Shown: piece by piece, positions 1-9,563 of the stretch
Numbering within the stretch: the first letter of the stretch is position 1
How the letters are laid out: every line of letters begins with the position of its first letter
Source of the DNA: Candidatus Electrothrix sp. GW3-4
Lineage (GTDB): Bacteria; Desulfobacterota; Desulfobulbia; Desulfobulbales; Desulfobulbaceae
Assembly (NCBI RefSeq): GCF_037902255.1
Contig: NZ_CP147990.1
Location: 1,230,001-1,262,000, forward strand
Length of the DNA: 32,000 nt
Reading direction: 5' to 3'
Made by a program: the position numbers and the translations under genes
The notes under the pieces: model-generated
What the model was told of the DNA's origin: nothing
Databases searched by the model: none
Seen by the model: only the letters and a program-made list of their open reading frames with translations

Positions 1-1
1 C

Positions 2-964
2 TTTACCAATGGCCTCTATTTTAAGGGGTTTAGGTCTTATTTGCTTAATGAATCCTCACTGGAATCCGTCCATATCTTTAAACATCGAGATAAGGTCTTC
101 AAAGATTCTTCTTCGGCCGTGCTACAGGAAAATGTTATTTGCCGCTTTAAGAGAGGTTGTCGGGCGCAACACGTCGCTGTGACTTCAAGTAATTGTGATG
201 CAGATATTCAGCATGGGGCCAAAGAGGTGTATCCCACTGCATTGATCATTGATTCTTCTAATGACCAGAATATGATCAGAATTCCAGAGTCAGTCTATGA
301 GGCAGAGATACTTCAACAGGCTGAAATGTTTGAAACCACCTTTCAGGATTGTGGTTATTTTATTTCAACAGGCCGCATTGTTGAGCATCGTACACGAGAG
401 TATATTACTGACAATACCAGAGCGGAGAACATTGTACCCCTCTATAGGCCTCATAATGTAACTCCGTTACAGGCAACCTGGACTGGGGATCATAAAAAAG
501 ATGTATCTTTCCTACTTATTGAAGGACATAAAAAACATACTCTGAAGAATGGGACCTATGTACTTTTAAAGCGTTTTTCATCAAAAGACGAGAAACGCCG
601 ACTCGTTGCCGCTGTGCATCTTGCTGAAATGCATAACTGTCAATTGATTGGCTTTGGTAATAAGGTAAATTATATCGGACTGATGAATGGAGAGCTCTCC
701 GCCGCAGAAGCCTACGGGCTTGCAGCTGTTTTTAATTCTTCCTTTATGGATAGATACTTCAGGTCTATTTCGGGGAATACCCAGGTAAATGCCACAGAAA
801 TTCGATTAATGAAGTTTCCATCGCGAAATCAGGTGAGAAAGATAGGTGAACAAGCACAAAGAATGTCCTTGAATAACTTAAGTGAGTTTGATGATCTTGT
901 TCATCCTATTCTTGGGATAGCGCTGGAGCATCTCGATAACTCTGGCTCCTCGTCACTAAATTGA
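2..964 (+). CDS. Type II DNA methyltransferase, C-terminal part (5'-truncated by window edge); partner of the adjacent PstI/BsuBI-type endonuclease
   Basis: The frame is open from nt 2, with no stop before the TTG at 41 used by the ORF track, so the gene starts upstream of the window. The catalytic (D/N)PPY region is therefore not visible. The visible part resembles the C-terminal target-recognition half of Eco57I/TaqI-like N6-adenine MTases ([45 protein letters not shown]). Stop TGA (962-964) overlaps the TTG start (961) of the next gene. Confidence 0.65.
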   Translation, partial: FTNGLYFKGFRSYLLNESSLESVHIFKHRDKVFKDSSSAVLQENVICRFKRGCRAQHVAVTSSNCDADIQHGAKEVYPTALIIDSSNDQNMIRIPESVYEAEILQQAEMFETTFQDCGYFISTGRIVEHRTREYITDNTRAENIVPLYRPHNVTPLQATWTGDHKKDVSFLLIEGHKKHTLKNGTYVLLKRFSSKDEKRRLVAAVHLAEMHNCQLIGFGNKVNYIGLMNGELSAAEAYGLAAVFNSSFMDRYFRSISGNTQVNATEIRLMKFPSRNQVRKIGEQAQRMSLNNLSEFDDLVHPILGIALEHLDNSGSSSLN

Positions 965-1965
965 AATTTACAAAGAAACAAGAACAGAAGCTTCAAGAGG
1001 CCAAATCATTATTGACAGCTTTAGGCCTGCCAAAAGCTCAATGCAATGATCGTTCGGCCTGGGTTTTGTTAGCCTTAGCTCATGTGAAGCCTTCCGATAC
1101 CTGGAGTTCTGTAACCGCACCTCTGCTGCCCACGGTGAGCATCATGGAGTTCATCCGTAATGAATACGGTATGAATTATAAGCCGAATAGCAGGGAAACC
1201 ATTCGAAGACAAACACTTCATCAGTTTGAGCAGGCCAGAATCGTCGACCGCAATAGGGATGATCCTGCTCGACCCACCAACAGTAAAGATAATAATTACT
1301 CGTTAAATCAACCGATATTGGATATTATGGTGGAATATCCAGATGGAAATTGGCAGGAGAAAATTCAGGATTTTAAGCAAGCTGTACCTGAGCTAAGGAG
1401 TCAGTATCAACGAGTTATTGATATGCATAAGATTCCGATCCGTTTACCAAACGGCGAGACGATAAGATTGTCACCGGGGAAACATAATCAACTGCACGCT
1501 GATATTATCCATGAGTTCTGTTCTCGCTTTATCGGGCTAAGTGGCCGGGTGCTTTACGTTGGCGATACAGCCAGTAGCAGAGAGGAAGGTGGCAAGCTCA
1601 TGCTTCTGGAGAAAGAATATTTGGAAGAGCTAGGAGTTCCCCCTCTGTCCCACGAGAAATTGCCTGACGTTTTGGTGTATGACAAAAAACAGCACTGGCT
1701 TTTTTTGATTGAAGCCGTGACCAGTCATGGTCCTGTTTCACCAAAACGATGGTTTGAACTCGAAGAGGCCTTTAAAGGATGCAAGGTAGGGATGGTGTAC
1801 GTGACTGCATTTCCAGATCGCGCAGCATTCCGAAAAAATGCTACCGAAATTGCATGGGAAACAGAGGTATGGATTGCCGACCAGCCGGATCACCTTATCC
1901 ATTTTAACGGGGATCGATTTTTGGGGCCGCACAGAAGAGATGACGAGAGTAATAACTACCCTTAA
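961..1965 (+). CDS. BsuBI/PstI-family type II restriction endonuclease
   Basis: 334-aa ORF. The blocks [24 protein letters not shown] and [32 protein letters not shown] match my recollection of the BsuBI/PstI endonuclease family. The TTGA start/stop overlap with the methylase gene is typical of a coupled R-M pair. Confidence 0.65.
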   Translation: MKFTKKQEQKLQEAKSLLTALGLPKAQCNDRSAWVLLALAHVKPSDTWSSVTAPLLPTVSIMEFIRNEYGMNYKPNSRETIRRQTLHQFEQARIVDRNRDDPARPTNSKDNNYSLNQPILDIMVEYPDGNWQEKIQDFKQAVPELRSQYQRVIDMHKIPIRLPNGETIRLSPGKHNQLHADIIHEFCSRFIGLSGRVLYVGDTASSREEGGKLMLLEKEYLEELGVPPLSHEKLPDVLVYDKKQHWLFLIEAVTSHGPVSPKRWFELEEAFKGCKVGMVYVTAFPDRAAFRKNATEIAWETEVWIADQPDHLIHFNGDRFLGPHRRDDESNNYP

Positions 1966-1992
1966 GCTGTAACTCTTTTATCTGGGAGAATT

Positions 1993-2937
1993 ATGCAAAC
2001 TGGTGAAAGCCCAATTCGGGATATCCTGCGCCTGATCGTCTGGTATCCTCTCCGTTGGTTCCTGCTTGCCATGCCGCCTAAGGTTGCCTTGACAACGTTA
2101 CGGTTCATGGGTGACCTTCATTACAGAGCTGCTCAGGGAAAGCGCCAGATGCTGGCAGCAAACCTGCACAGAATGGGCATCGCCCCCTCTCAGCACGAAG
2201 AAAACATCCGCCTCTATTTTCGCAACCACTATCAGGATCAACTTTTTCCCCTTGTCTTTCCGAAATTCAAGAGGAAAAACATTGCTGATTATGTCAACTT
2301 TCAGGGGCTTGCCCACCTGGACAAGGCCTTAGAGAAAAAGAAGGGGGTTGTTTTGGTCCATGGCCATTTCGGCCCGGCTCATCTCCCTTTGGTTTCCCTT
2401 GCCCTTATGGGGTATCCCATGCAACAGATCGGGAATCCCTCGGACAAGGGCCTGAGCTGGATAGGTCGTCATGTGGCCTTCCGCCTGCGCATGCATTATG
2501 AGAGCCGCATTCCTGCTGACATTATCCAGGCTGGCTCTTTTCTCCGCCCGATCTTTCAAGCCCTCCGCAAGAATCAGGTGATCATGACAACCGGAGACGG
2601 TGCAGGAACAGAGGAACGATTCGGCAAGCAGCAATGCTTCAATTTTCTTGGTCAGCCAGTTATGTTACCGCTTGGCCCGGCAATCCTCGTGCAGAAGACC
2701 GGGGCCACTCTGCTCCCTCTCTTTATTCTGCCCGGTGATCGGACCTTATTTACCGTGATTATTGAACCGGAAATCACCTCTGATCTCCCAGGAGAGCAGG
2801 GGGTCCTTGACTGTACCCGGCAATTCCTTGCCCGCTTAGAGGACTACATCCGCTCCTCTCCTGGATATATGCATTTCCTTGATCGCTTCGTCCCAGGGCA
2901 GTTCATTGCTGCAAAACAAGGCGAGCAAGAGAAATAG
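1993..2937 (+). CDS. Lipid A biosynthesis (LpxL/HtrB-type) late acyltransferase family protein
   Basis: 314 aa with an N-terminal hydrophobic anchor. GVVLVHGHFGPAHL sits at the position of the HX4(D/E) acyltransferase box, though the acidic residue is not obvious. A later MTTGDGAG block is present. GGGAGA lies upstream of the ATG. Context: directly upstream of a heptosyltransferase gene (6-nt gap). Confidence 0.6.
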   Translation: MQTGESPIRDILRLIVWYPLRWFLLAMPPKVALTTLRFMGDLHYRAAQGKRQMLAANLHRMGIAPSQHEENIRLYFRNHYQDQLFPLVFPKFKRKNIADYVNFQGLAHLDKALEKKKGVVLVHGHFGPAHLPLVSLALMGYPMQQIGNPSDKGLSWIGRHVAFRLRMHYESRIPADIIQAGSFLRPIFQALRKNQVIMTTGDGAGTEERFGKQQCFNFLGQPVMLPLGPAILVQKTGATLLPLFILPGDRTLFTVIIEPEITSDLPGEQGVLDCTRQFLARLEDYIRSSPGYMHFLDRFVPGQFIAAKQGEQEK

Positions 2938-2943
2938 GCCTGC

Positions 2944-4140
2944 ATGTATAAGATCATCAATCGAAAAAAACGCATTGCCACCATTATTGCAGATATCTTT
3001 GGTAACCTTTTCTTTCTTCCCCTGCGTCTTCTGCGGAAGCAGGAAACTATCACCCTGGATCGGGTAAAAACGATCTGTATCATTCGGACGGCCTACATCG
3101 GCGACGTTGTCATGACCCTGCCGATCCTGCCTGCCTTGCATAACAAATACCCCGAGGCCAGGATCACCTTTCTGACCTCAACGGCCTCCGTAGCGGTCTT
3201 GCAGCATAATCCATATCTTGATAATATATTGACCTTTGATCCTTTCTGGTTCTATTCTGGTCGTATCAGGGATTGGCTGTTTTTTATCAAAAAACTACGC
3301 CTGCTTCGCTTTGATCTCTTGATTGAGACCAGGGCCGATATACGGGAGCTTGCCCTGCTGGCCTTTTGGATTCCGGCCCGCTTCAAGGTCAGTTATGATG
3401 TGGGCGGAGGCGGCTACCTGCTGAGCCACCGGGTCCCTTATCCTGGACTTTGCCATAAGGTGGATTATCATCTGCATCTGGCCCAATACCTGGGTTGTCC
3501 TATTGAGGGAGTAGAGGCCGAGCTTTTTCTGACAGCTGAGGAGAAACAGGAGATCGTTTCCATATTGCGAGCGCAAGGGATAACAGGCCCCTTCCTGGCC
3601 GTCCATCCTGGTTCTCGTCTCGTTCTGAAACGATGGTTTCCTGATCGTTTTGCCCAAGTATGCGAGAATCTTTTTCAGCTACATGGCCTGCCCGTCGTGC
3701 TTGTGGGAGCAGCGGAGGAGGCACCACTGACTGAACGTATTCAGGCGACTCTTCAATGTCAGCAATGTCAGGCTATCTCGCTGGCAGGAACTCTCAGTAT
3801 TCGACAGTTAGCTGCCTTGTTGGGTCGGGCGGCCCTTTTTCTCTGTAATGACAGTGCGCCCATGCATATTGCAGCGGCCATGAAAACCCCGACGGTTGCT
3901 ATCTTTGGCCCATCTCAATCCGTGGAAACGAGCCCGTACAGTCTGGTCGGTACGGTGGTGGAAAAAGACTTCCCATGCCGTTGCACCTGTGATGAGAGTA
4001 ACTGCCTCCACTCCGACTATCATGCCTGCTTGAAGGAAATTACTGTTCAGGATGTGCAACAGGTTGCAGAGGAACTCCTTATCCGGTGTTTTTCCGGGAC
4101 CCGCCCAGCTAACCCTTCAGATCAGCCCATTTCATTATGA
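2944..4140 (+). CDS. Glycosyltransferase family 9 (ADP-heptose:LPS heptosyltransferase, WaaC/WaaF-like)
   Basis: 398 aa. The N-terminal ICIIRTAYIGDVVMTLPILPALHNKYPEARITFLT and C-terminal LFLCNDSAPMHIAAAMKTPTVAIFGP are hallmark GT9 blocks. Confidence 0.8.
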   Translation: MYKIINRKKRIATIIADIFGNLFFLPLRLLRKQETITLDRVKTICIIRTAYIGDVVMTLPILPALHNKYPEARITFLTSTASVAVLQHNPYLDNILTFDPFWFYSGRIRDWLFFIKKLRLLRFDLLIETRADIRELALLAFWIPARFKVSYDVGGGGYLLSHRVPYPGLCHKVDYHLHLAQYLGCPIEGVEAELFLTAEEKQEIVSILRAQGITGPFLAVHPGSRLVLKRWFPDRFAQVCENLFQLHGLPVVLVGAAEEAPLTERIQATLQCQQCQAISLAGTLSIRQLAALLGRAALFLCNDSAPMHIAAAMKTPTVAIFGPSQSVETSPYSLVGTVVEKDFPCRCTCDESNCLHSDYHACLKEITVQDVQQVAEELLIRCFSGTRPANPSDQPISL

Positions 4141-5384
4141 CAAAAAAAAATCACGCAGACATTATTCAGTGCCGATCTCTTGAGGAAATTCGAACCCGTC
4201 TCGCTGAGGTACTGGCACGATATAAAGATATTCTGCCCGCTGATCGAGATGCAAAAATTCTGATTAAGCCGAATCTGAACAGTAATATGAATGCCCTGAC
4301 CGGGAACACCACGGATCTGCGCTTGCTGGCCGCTGTTATCCTGTTTTTGAGAGAATCAGGATATCGGAATATTACCGTAGGGGAAGGAACAAATAGCGGA
4401 TTCTACCGAAGTAATATCAGTGTCATTACCCGGCTGCGGGTGGATGAGTTGGCAAGATATTATGGTGTCAACTGCATTGATCTGAATTATTCCGAGCCTT
4501 TTCTCATCCCCTTTGAAGACGGGGTGCAGGCAGGCATTGCCAGGGAATGCAAGGAGGCTGATCTGCTGATCAACATGCCCAAGCTCAAGACCCATTTTGA
4601 AGCAGGCATGACCGTTTGTCTGAAAAACCTGATCGGTTGTTTGGTGGGGCAGGAAAATAAGAAAAAGACCCATCTCTCCCTTGCTGCAAATATTGTCAAT
4701 ATAACCGAAAATTGTCCTCCCCATCTCCATATTGTCGACGCGCTCTTTGCCATGGAAGGGCTGGGGCCGACCAAGGGTACTCCAGTGAAGGCCGACACGA
4801 TCTTTGTCGGCACAGATCCCTACTTCCTTGATCTGCTGGCGGCCCGGTTTGCCTCCTGTGACCCTGAAAAAATAACACCTCTTCAGGTTGCCCGCAGACG
4901 AGGCATTATCCGTCAGGAGTTAGTTACTGCAGCCCAGAATTTTCCGCTCACCCCGTACGAACGCCCCTTTGCGCCACCCAAGGCCGGGCCCATTGCCACC
5001 TTTATCCATCATCCTAAACGGCAAAAGTACTTTCTTGCCATCCGCAACACAGCGTTTTTTAATTATCTCTGTACTACAGATCTGTTTGCCAAACTCTTAT
5101 TCATGACTGATCTGCGCCAGGATGTCTTTCTTGAGACTGAGATGGAATGGGAAGGGCTGATTCTTGCAGAGGAGCAATGTGATCAATGCGGGAAATGTGC
5201 TGAGTACTGCCCGGTAGAGCTGCCCCTGCCCCAGGCCCTTGCTGATCAGGATTTGGATAAATGCATTCACTGTCTTTACTGTTTCTGTGTCTGCCCGCAG
5301 GAGGCGATTCGATTTCAGGGAAAGCTGGGTTTTATGGAAGAGCAGATGAAGCAGTACGATACGATGATCCGCAGGATGGCCTAA
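4137..5384 (+). CDS. DUF362 domain protein with C-terminal 2x[4Fe-4S] ferredoxin domain
   Basis: 415 aa with DUF362-like blocks ILIKPNLNS and MPKLKTH. The C-terminus carries CDQCGKCAEYCP and CIHCLYCFCVCP, two CxxCxxCxxxCP cluster motifs. ATGA start/stop overlap with the GT9 gene. Confidence 0.65.
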   Translation: MTKKNHADIIQCRSLEEIRTRLAEVLARYKDILPADRDAKILIKPNLNSNMNALTGNTTDLRLLAAVILFLRESGYRNITVGEGTNSGFYRSNISVITRLRVDELARYYGVNCIDLNYSEPFLIPFEDGVQAGIARECKEADLLINMPKLKTHFEAGMTVCLKNLIGCLVGQENKKKTHLSLAANIVNITENCPPHLHIVDALFAMEGLGPTKGTPVKADTIFVGTDPYFLDLLAARFASCDPEKITPLQVARRRGIIRQELVTAAQNFPLTPYERPFAPPKAGPIATFIHHPKRQKYFLAIRNTAFFNYLCTTDLFAKLLFMTDLRQDVFLETEMEWEGLILAEEQCDQCGKCAEYCPVELPLPQALADQDLDKCIHCLYCFCVCPQEAIRFQGKLGFMEEQMKQYDTMIRRMA

Positions 5385-5415
5385 GAGACATAGATAAGAA
5401 TAACCGGAGCATATT

Positions 5416-6894
5416 ATGCGCGTCACCTTTCTCAATCCACCATTTATTAAAAATTTTTCTCGACCTCAACGCAGTCCGGCTGTCACCAAGAGCGGCACCC
5501 TCTACTATCCCATGTGGCTGGCCTCTGCCGCTGGCTATACTGAGGCGGGCGGGCATGCAATTGATCTTATTGATGCCCCGGCAGCTGATTTCACCGAGGA
5601 TGCTGTTATTGAGCGCATACGAGATTTCGGTAGCTCATTGGTGATCGTGGAAACCAGCACACCGAGCATTTACAATGACGTTAGTTTTTCTGAAAAATTG
5701 AAAACTACGTTGAGCAGAGAAGGGCAGGAGGTCTTTATCGTCCTCGTTGGTACCCATGTTTCTGCCCTGCCTGAGGAGAGCCTGCGCCTGAATGTCTCCG
5801 TAGATGCGATTGCCCAGGGGGAGTATGATGCCACGGTCAGGGAGCTCGCCGATGCCTTAGAAAACAGGCAGGAACCTGGAACCGTTACCGGGCTCTGGCT
5901 TCGGGATGGAGAAAAGATAATCCATACTGGTGAACGGTCTCCCCTCTCCAATGTCGATCAGATCCCCTTTGTCAGCTCGGTGTATAAGAGATTTCTTGAG
6001 CCGCACCATTATTTTAATCCCAATGCCCTGTTTCCTATGGTGACCATCACCACCAGTAGGGGCTGCCCGCACCATTGCTTCTTCTGTGTCTACCCGCAGA
6101 CCATGATGGGACATAGGCTACGCAATCGCAGCGTGGAGAATGTGGTGGATGAGTTGGAATATATCATTGCCCATTTTTCCGATATCAAAGCAATCTTTTT
6201 TGAAGATGATACCTTCCCGGCCAATAAGAAGCGGTGTATTGCTATCTGCGAAGAGATTATTCGTCGGAATATCCGGATATCCTGGACCGCCAATGCCCGG
6301 GTTGATTTGGATCAGGAGACTATGCGTGTCATGAAAAAGGCTGGCTGCCGCTGTCTCTGCGTTGGGTTTGAAAGCGGTAATCAGCAGCTTCTGGACCGGA
6401 TGAAAAAAGGTATTACCCTGGAACAGTCTCAAACCTTTATGGAGGCAGCCAGAAAGACAGGTATCCTGATCCATGGGTGCTTTATGGTTGGCCTGCCCGG
6501 AGAGACCCGGGAGACCATGCAGGAAACCCTGGACCTTGCCATCAGCCTCCAGCCTGATGCGATCCAGATGTATCCGGTCATGGTCTATCCTGGCACAGAG
6601 GCCTATGCCTGGTACCAACAGAAGGGGTTGATTACCTCAAAGGATTTCTCCCAATGGCTGACCCCCTCAGGTCTTCATAACACGGTTATTCATGGGGAGG
6701 AACTCTCTGCTGAGGAACTGGTCAGGTTCTGTGATGAGGCACGGAAAAAGTTTTACTTGCGGCCTAAGTATATCCTGTATAAGTTCGTCCAGATGCTGCG
6801 CCATCCCGGTGAAATCCGGCGTACCCTGAAATCCGTCCGTACCTTTGCAAAATATCTCCTCTTTGGCTCTGATGTACAAAAGGAGCCTATATGA
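5416..6894 (+). CDS. B12-binding-domain radical SAM enzyme (class-B-like)
   Basis: 492 aa. An N-terminal Rossmann-like B12-binding-type domain is followed by TSRGCPHHCFFCVYPQ (CxxxCxxC radical SAM motif) and GFESGNQQLL. Confidence 0.8.
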   Translation: MRVTFLNPPFIKNFSRPQRSPAVTKSGTLYYPMWLASAAGYTEAGGHAIDLIDAPAADFTEDAVIERIRDFGSSLVIVETSTPSIYNDVSFSEKLKTTLSREGQEVFIVLVGTHVSALPEESLRLNVSVDAIAQGEYDATVRELADALENRQEPGTVTGLWLRDGEKIIHTGERSPLSNVDQIPFVSSVYKRFLEPHHYFNPNALFPMVTITTSRGCPHHCFFCVYPQTMMGHRLRNRSVENVVDELEYIIAHFSDIKAIFFEDDTFPANKKRCIAICEEIIRRNIRISWTANARVDLDQETMRVMKKAGCRCLCVGFESGNQQLLDRMKKGITLEQSQTFMEAARKTGILIHGCFMVGLPGETRETMQETLDLAISLQPDAIQMYPVMVYPGTEAYAWYQQKGLITSKDFSQWLTPSGLHNTVIHGEELSAEELVRFCDEARKKFYLRPKYILYKFVQMLRHPGEIRRTLKSVRTFAKYLLFGSDVQKEPI

Positions 6895-6910
6895 CACAAA
6901 CTCCCTGAGT

Positions 6911-7915
6911 ATGCCCGATTTTTCAGTTATTGTTCCGGCCTGGAACGCGGAAAAAACTCTTGTGCGCTGTCTCAAAAGCCTCACTCGACAAACCCTTGCT
7001 CAAGAGCGCTATGAGATCATCATAGTGGATGACGGTTCAACAGATCGAACGGCTGATATTGCCGATCAGTTTTCTGTCGTATATCATTATCAGGAGAATC
7101 AGGGGCCTGCGGCAGCACGTAACGCAGGTGTCTCCCTGGCAAAAGGCGCTGTGATTTTTTTTACAGATGCGGATTGTGTGCCGGACCCTGACTGGTTGGA
7201 GGAGATGTCTGCCCCTTTTGCGAGACCTGAGGTTGCAGCTGTCAAGGGGGCATATCGTACAGAACAAAAGGAGCTTATCGCCCGTTTTGCCCAGATTGAA
7301 TTTGAGGAGCGTTTTTTGATGCTGGAGCAAAGGGAGACCATTGATATGGTGGATACCTACTCAGCTGGTTTTAGGAAAGAAATTTTTTTAGGTTTGGGTG
7401 GCTTTGACACCCGTTTTCCCAAAGCTGATAATGAGGATACTGAATTTTCCTACCGGATGGCGGAACACGGTTACACGATGGTTTTTACCCACCGTGCCTT
7501 GGTACGCCACCTGAATCACCCGGACTCCGTCCTTCGCTATTTTCGCTTGAAATTCAGCAGAGGGTACTGGCGGTTAATGGTTTATCGGATGCATCCTGAA
7601 AGAGCGGTGAAGGACTCCTATACCCCGCAAACGCTCAAGTTGCAGATTATCGCTCTGTTTCTGGGGATGATCACACCGTTTATTCTTTTTTTCTCTCCCT
7701 TCATGGGAGGAATCTTCCTGGCCTGTTTTTTCCTTTTTTACTTAGCACTTACCTTTCCCTTTTTTCGTGTCGCCTATAAGTATGACAGGGCTGTGGCTTT
7801 CCTTTCCCCATTATTACTGGCTTTGCGGGCTGGAGCCCTTGGAAGCGGTCTTCTGTGGGGGGGCATGCGGCTCTGGTTGGGGCATGATGTCTTTGGACAA
7901 GAAGAAAGGAAATAG
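6911..7915 (+). CDS. Glycosyltransferase family 2 with C-terminal membrane region
   Basis: GT-A family 2 blocks: MPDFSVIVPAWNAEKTLVRCLKSL, IIVDDGSTDRT and FTDADCVP (DxD). The last ~90 aa are hydrophobic. Start placed at ATG 6911, because the ORF-track start at 6845 would overlap the radical SAM gene by 50 nt. The exact start is uncertain. Confidence 0.8.
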   Translation: MPDFSVIVPAWNAEKTLVRCLKSLTRQTLAQERYEIIIVDDGSTDRTADIADQFSVVYHYQENQGPAAARNAGVSLAKGAVIFFTDADCVPDPDWLEEMSAPFARPEVAAVKGAYRTEQKELIARFAQIEFEERFLMLEQRETIDMVDTYSAGFRKEIFLGLGGFDTRFPKADNEDTEFSYRMAEHGYTMVFTHRALVRHLNHPDSVLRYFRLKFSRGYWRLMVYRMHPERAVKDSYTPQTLKLQIIALFLGMITPFILFFSPFMGGIFLACFFLFYLALTFPFFRVAYKYDRAVAFLSPLLLALRAGALGSGLLWGGMRLWLGHDVFGQEERK

Positions 7916-8205
7916 AAGTAACCAAGGCACGGAATCAAGTAGTGCGGTTAAATTATTGATCTGGTCTGGGGACGCAGCAAGAGCTCTGTGGTTCTGTTCT
8001 GGCAGATTCGCGCTGTTGACTGACCTGTTTTTCTTTACCCTGAGAGATAAATGGGCTATGCTCAGGCGAGCTTGAGCAGATTCTGGCTATTTTTTTGTGC
8101 AGGAATTTTGGCCTGTGTTGTCAAAAAAACAACAGCTGACCAGTGCTGGCTTGAGCAGAGTTATTGAAGAAAACGCAATGATAATGAGAAAAGGAGAAGA
8201 GCTGA

Positions 8206-8658
8206 ATGAGTGAGGACAACAAGGTGCAGCTGCCTATGGGGATCAAGGAAATTCTTGACCTCTTGCCGCATCGATATCCTTTTATTATGCTGGATCGGGT
8301 CTTGGATTTTGAGCCTGATAAAACAATAACTGGCCTGAAAAATGTGTCCATGGGCGAGCCTTTTTTTCAGGGGCATTTTCCAGGCGAACCTGTTATGCCC
8401 GGAGTCCTGATTCTTGAGGGTATGGCCCAAGCCGGGGCCGTGTTGGCCTATCTTTCCACCGAAGACATTGCTGGAAAACTCGTGTACTTTGCCGGAATGG
8501 ACAAGGTTCGTTTCCGCAAGGTGGTACGACCCGGTGATCAGCTGATTTATAAAGTGGAATTGGTTCGGCGAAAAAGCAAACTCATCAAGGTGCAGTGTCA
8601 TGCCTATGTTGATGATGTCCTGGTGACCGAAGCCGAGCAGCTGGCCACGTTTTCTTGA
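8206..8658 (+). CDS. fabZ: 3-hydroxyacyl-ACP dehydratase FabZ
   Basis: 150 aa. LPHRYPFIMLDRV and FFQGHFPGEPVMPGVLILEGMAQ are the FabZ hot-dog active-site signature. AAGGAG-type RBS upstream (aaaaggagaagagctgaATG). Confidence 0.95.
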   Translation: MSEDNKVQLPMGIKEILDLLPHRYPFIMLDRVLDFEPDKTITGLKNVSMGEPFFQGHFPGEPVMPGVLILEGMAQAGAVLAYLSTEDIAGKLVYFAGMDKVRFRKVVRPGDQLIYKVELVRRKSKLIKVQCHAYVDDVLVTEAEQLATFS

Positions 8659-8748
8659 TGTTGTCCCTTTTTGTCACAGGACAAGGTGCAGCACATGTTG
8701 CTTATTAGACTGTTGGCCTAACCAGAGGCTGACAAAGGAATACTATAA

Positions 8749-9549
8749 ATGACTATACATGCTACTGCCGTGGTTGATCCACAGGCGGAAGTTCATGAAA
8801 CCGCTTCCGTTGGTGCATATAGCGTTGTCGGGCCTCATGTCTCTATCGGTCCCAACACGCTCATCGACGCACATGCAGTGATCTCTGGGCATACCCGTAT
8901 CGGAGCTGATAATCATATCGGTTCTTTTTCTTCTCTTGGAACGCCGCCACAGGATATCCATTATCAGGATGAACCGACCGAGTTGATTATCGGAGATGGA
9001 AATAGGATACGGGAATATGTCTCTATCCATCGAGGAACGGTTTCCGGGGGAGGAAAGACGGTTATTGGCAATAAGAATATGCTGATGGCCTATTGCCATG
9101 TGGCCCATGATTGTATTCTCCATGATCATGTGATTATGTCCAATGTGGCAACTCTGGGAGGCCATGTGGAGGTGGGCAGTTATGCCAATCTTGGTGGCTT
9201 GGTAGCTGTTCATCAGTTTTGTCGTATAGGGGCCTATACCTATGTTGGAGGGATGTCAGGTATTTCGCTTGACGTGCCCCCTTATGTTATTCTGACCGGT
9301 ACCAGAAATAGGATGCGCATTGCCGGGGTCAATAAGATCGGTATGCGGCGTAACGGCATGTCTCGGGAAGCGGTTAATGATATTGATCGTGCCTTTAGAA
9401 TTATTTTCCGTTCCTCCCCGCAGGTTCTGGTTAAAGAGGCTTTGGCCCAGGTAACCCATGAATTTCCTGATTCCAAAGAGGTTCGTATCTTAGTGGATTT
9501 TTTCCGAGAGAGTAAACGCGGTGTGGTGAAACGCACCGAAGACAGCTAG
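8749..9549 (+). CDS. lpxA: Acyl-ACP--UDP-N-acetylglucosamine O-acyltransferase LpxA
   Basis: 266 aa. Left-handed beta-helix hexapeptide repeats cover the first ~190 residues (IHATAVVDPQAEV..., IGPNTLIDAHAVISGHTRIG...), followed by a C-terminal helical domain. Canonical position after fabZ. Confidence 0.95.
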   Translation: MTIHATAVVDPQAEVHETASVGAYSVVGPHVSIGPNTLIDAHAVISGHTRIGADNHIGSFSSLGTPPQDIHYQDEPTELIIGDGNRIREYVSIHRGTVSGGGKTVIGNKNMLMAYCHVAHDCILHDHVIMSNVATLGGHVEVGSYANLGGLVAVHQFCRIGAYTYVGGMSGISLDVPPYVILTGTRNRMRIAGVNKIGMRRNGMSREAVNDIDRAFRIIFRSSPQVLVKEALAQVTHEFPDSKEVRILVDFFRESKRGVVKRTEDS

Positions 9550-9563
9550 AACGCGCACTGTAC

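Noticed and set aside
7767-8075. 102-aa ORF spanning the end of the GT2 gene and the downstream gap
   Set aside because: Its first half overlaps the GT2 membrane domain in another frame, and it has no family resemblance.
9046-9060. Walker-A-like strings: GGGKT in LpxA, and KTGKAGKTGK in RlmL at 23202-23237
   Set aside because: The first lies in a beta-helix turn of LpxA. The second is a short tandem 9-nt repeat (ACAGGGAAA x2) in the RlmKL interdomain linker. Neither is a P-loop NTPase, so they do not supply the missing GTPase.
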